Below the pieces are notes generated by a model. It saw only the letters and a program-made list of their open reading frames with translations. It did not search any database and was not told the DNA's origin. 36,623 nucleotides of DNA from Basidiobolus meristosporus CBS 931.73 (lineage: Eukaryota; Fungi; Basidiobolomycota). The position numbers were made by a program, and so were the translations under genes. The stretch's first letter is position 1; each line of letters starts with the position of its first letter. Location: positions 1 through 36,623 of the forward strand of contig MCFE01000781.1 in NCBI GenBank assembly GCA_002104905.1, in the 5' to 3' direction. Shown piece after piece: positions 32,923 through 36,623 of this stretch.

Positions 32923-35900
32923 TGTTGTAAGAGTCTTGGAGATATTGGAAGTGATTGGGAGAACAAGTAGATTATGTGGTTTTCACTTAATGATTTATTG
33001 AATGTAAAAGTAGTATTTATACTTTTACCTAGTCATGGCATTTCAAACACAAAGAATAGGTTAAGGAAGGTCCCAAGAGCATGTGTGCAAAGTTTGGGGC
33101 TGTTTGGACAACTTTGAGAATTTTCATGTTCTGGGTACCTGGTATTTTGGTGAAAATATTCTAAGTAAATCCCAACAAGGAATTTGGCCAGTATTCTCTA
33201 GGATTTGAAGGTGATGATCTAAGTGACTAAGTTAGGTGAATATATAGGTGGAAATACAAATTCTTTTACAACACTCCCATTTGGCTAAATGTTCATACTG
33301 ACTAGTCCTAATTTTGACCTAAGATATTTAAACTTGTCTCTAGCTAATGGTTTGGTAAGTATGTCAGCAATCATTTCATCTGTAGAACAGTAAACTAAGC
33401 TAACTAAGTTATTCTCTATAGCTTCACGTATGAAATGATGTCTAATACTATGTGCTTGGTTCTAGCATGAAAAGTTGGATTTCTACCTAATTGTATACAT
33501 CCTTGATTATCTTGAAATAAAGTAATAGGCAATTTTTGACATAGGCCTAAATCTGTAAAGAGCTTTCTTAACCACATTGCTTCTTTTGTAGCTTCACAGG
33601 CTGCCATATACTCTGCCTCTGTAGTAGAAAGTGCTACGGTTGGTTGCTTTCTTGAATTCCATGAAATTGCTCCTTTACAGTAAAGAAAGGTGTATTCTGT
33701 GGTGGATCTTCTGTCTTCCGAATTTTGTCCCCAATCTGCATCAGAGTATCCCACAAGATCCTGTTCTGAATCATTATAAGTGTATCTTAAGCAAATATCA
33801 GCAGTTCCTTTTAGGTATCTAAAAATCCGCTTAACTGCTGCAATATGATCAGATCCATAGTTCTGATTATGTTGGCTGACAACTCCCACTGAATATGAGA
33901 TATCTGGATGTGTTCCAAGCATGATATACATCAGACTGCCAACCATAGATTGATAAGGAAAGTCAGGGCTTTCAGATGGCGCCAAGCTCTCTTGATTTGG
34001 TTGAGTTTTGACCAAGTTAAGGTTTGTCTCCATTGGGGTAGCTGCCGGTTTACAGTCTTCCATTTTGTACTTCTTTAGTATATCTTGAATATACTTGGAT
34101 TGGCTTATGGTAATAGTCTGGGTACTTCTGTCTATGGAGAACATAATCCCTAAGTAGTAACTAAGTTCTCCTAAATCAGACATCTTGAACTCCTTAGATA
34201 GGCTGGATTTAGTCTCTTTCAATGTTTCTAGGTTATTGGCGGCTATAATCAGATCATCCCCATATAGAGCTAATAGAACTGGATTTGCTCTATCTGGCTT
34301 ATAGTATATACTATAGTCAGCATTACTCCTTTTGAAACTCAAAGATTCCAAATAAGAATCTATCTTGCAATTCCAGGCTCTTGGTGATTGTTTGAGACCA
34401 TATAGTGACTTTTTAAGCTTGCAGACCAAATGAGGGTTATCTTGGTCAACAAACCCATCAGGCTGGTTCATATACATGTCCTCATCAAGTTCTCCATTCA
34501 AAAATGCAGTTTTTACATCCATATGATGAATAAAAAACTTATATTTGGCTGCAATAGCCAATATTAATCTGATGGAATTAAACTTGGCTACCAGTGCAAA
34601 GGTCTCAGTGTAGTCAAGTCCTTTTGTTTGAGAGTATCCCTTGGCTACAAGTCTTGCTTTGTATCTTTTGATTGTGCCATCAGCCTTGTATTTTGTCTTG
34701 AAGACCTATCTGCATCCAATTGATTTTTGGTTGATTGGTATTTTGACTAAGTCCCAAGTTTGATTTTCCATCAGGGCCTGATATTCCTTAGTCATTGCAG
34801 ATCTCCAAAACTTTGTCTGAGGGATATTTAGGGCCTCTTTTACAGTCTGGGGTTCATCAATATGGACTGAATAGGCATAGGCTAAGTTTGTACCCTCATT
34901 GATATAGTAATTTGGGCTATTTCTTGTCCAATTGGATCTCCGGGCATTTGATACTGGAATGATCACTTCTGGGATATTCCTGGGCACTAATTCTGGCTGA
35001 ACTACGGTTGTAGAGTTCTCTGGAGTGAAAAAATTTTCATTGTTTTGCTCTGATTCAATCCTCACAATTGGTGGACTTGAGATCAAATTTTCATCATCAT
35101 CTGATGTCATTTTTTGTGAAAATTTTGAATTTTCATCAAACAACACATCCCTGGACTTGATAAGCTTCTTTGCTTTGGTATTGTAGAGTCTGTATGCCTT
35201 ACTCTCATTGCAGTAGCCCAAAAATATGCATTTTACACTTTTTGGCTCAAATTTTGACTGATTTCCGGCCAGTTTTTTGGCATATGCTGTACACCCAAAT
35301 ATTCTTAGATGTTCTGCACTTGGTCTGCATCCATACCATGCTTCAAATGGAGTAGAATCACAAAGTATTCTGTTATAACTCCTATTTTTAAGGTATACAG
35401 CAGTGGCAACTGATTCCGCCCAAAAATCATAGGATAATTTTTGATCATGGATCATAGATCTTGCCATATCAATTATTGATCTGTTAGCTTGTTCTGCTAC
35501 TCCATTTTGCTGTGGGGAGTATGGTACAGTAGTCTCTTGCTTTATCCCATGAATTTTGCAGAAGTGGATGAAGAGTTTTGAGGTATATTCTCCACCATTG
35601 TCAGAGCGTATTTTCTTGATTTTTTCACCAGTTTCTCTCTCCACCGTGGCTTTAAACGCCCTGAACTTAGACAGAGCTTCTTCCTTTCTCTCCATGAAGT
35701 AGACCCATGTGTATCTTGTATAATCATCAATAAAAGTGATTAAATACTTCATCCCGCCTAAGGATAAATTTTGCATAGGTCCACACAGATCTGAGTGAAT
35801 TAGATCTAATTTTTTCTTAGTTTTGATTAACCCAGAGCTCTTGAACGGTTGTCTGGCTTGTTTCACATATATGCAGGCTTCACAGTGCTCAAAATTAGCT

Positions 35901-36623
35901 GGGGGATCAATTTTCACTCCAGAAATTAGCTGATCTTTGATCATATTACGCAAATAATCAAAATTGATGTGTCCAAATCTCCTGTGCCAAAGCATTGGTG
36001 TTTCTTCACTTAAGTTACTTATATTGGCTTCCAGATATGATGGAATATAAGTCAACTTGTATAGATTTTGATCTCTGATGCCCAAAGCAATATGGGCACC
36101 ATTTTGATCAGTGATCCTGCATCCAGAATTGTCAAAACTGAAACTGAGTCCTTCTGCTGTGGCCTTGCTTACAGAGAGTAGGTTCTTGGCTATTTCTGGT
36201 ACATAGAGTACTTCTTTGAAAGTCAGTGTATGGCTTCCTTCACTGCTTTTTAGGCTTACTTGGATAGTTCCTTCTCCCACTGCATCAAGTGTTCTATTCG
36301 TCACCCATGAAAACCTTCTTAATTGGAGTTTCTTGATATTGGGTAAAAAGTTCTTTTTGGTGTGTAAAGTGTTGAGAAGCTCCAGAGTCAATATACCACG
36401 TCTGAGAATCCTTGTTTGTGGTCATATTTAGTGCAGATATGAATAGTCTATCTTCAGTTGTTGCAGCATTTCCATATTCAGGCTTCTTTTGCTGATTATC
36501 TTTCTTTTTGAGACACCGGTCTGATGTGTGTCCTTTCCTTTTGCAGTAGTTGCAAATTATTTTGCTGTTGCCTTTGTAGGGTCTTGGGTTCCTCCTTTGT
36601 TGGTTATCATTGCTTATTAAAGC
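32923..36623 (-). mobile_element. Ty1/copia element, minus strand: gag end, pol, PPT and 3' LTR (32923-33273); 5' part outside the window
   Basis: The 351-bp LTR is about 95% identical to 32228-32576 (manual count). PPT AAATGGGAG abuts the LTR. Order is knuckle-PR-IN-RT-RH. Confidence 0.96.
33285..36623 (-). pseudogene. pol: Copia gag-pol polyprotein with three lesions
   Basis: CNYCKRKGHTSDRC, WYIDSGASQH, WHRRFGH...CEAC, HSDLCGP, RSDNGGEY, QQNGVAE, MDVKTAFLNG, LYGDDL, YSDADW, ARTKHI. +1 frameshift near 36303, TGG>TAG at 34706-34708, and a -1 frameshift near 33445. The natural stop is at 33285-33287. Confidence 0.93.

Noticed and set aside
36295-36310. Frameshift after the copia protease as programmed frameshifting
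   Set aside because: It lies inside the protease region (…KVFMGD/NRTLDAVG), has no slippery site, and reads as a single-base insertion.
1-36623. CRISPR arrays, rRNA or tRNA genes
   Set aside because: None seen. The repeats are LTRs, gene paralogues or coding low-complexity tracts, and the tRNA-like matches are PBSs only.

Overview
Eukaryotic, most likely fungal, genomic DNA: short GT-AG introns with CTRAY/TTAAC-like branch sites, fungal-type LTR retroelements, and STF2-like and CFEM-like genes. The lineage cannot be fixed from this sequence. There are three compartments. (1) About 1-16,350 is a CpG-depleted transposon block: a full-length but dead Ty3/gypsy element (2211-9764, CCCTT TSD), solo and nested LTRs of two further subfamilies, CACTA/EnSpm transposase relics and old Ty1/copia LTRs. 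(2) About 16,370-29,850 is a CpG-normal gene island. It holds a small STF2-like protein, five two-exon paralogues of a secreted protein, a 100-aa protein of three DxDxDGIP calcium-binding-type repeats, and a GPI-anchored CFEM-like protein. (3) About 29,940-36,623 is a CpG-depleted nest of Ty1/copia elements inserted into one another. The main candidate for an undescribed system is the five-gene cluster (19899-27046). Each predicted mature protein starts with His (HSWVDC) and carries a second conserved His (WPAKNH) and an E-W-Y-T-S-C-S-D motif. This is the layout of a copper histidine brace (LPMO fold), but the N-terminal signature matches no LPMO family I know. Two copies also carry an Asp/Glu-rich plus His/Arg-rich tail. 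All calls come from reading the sequence by eye; no database search was run.
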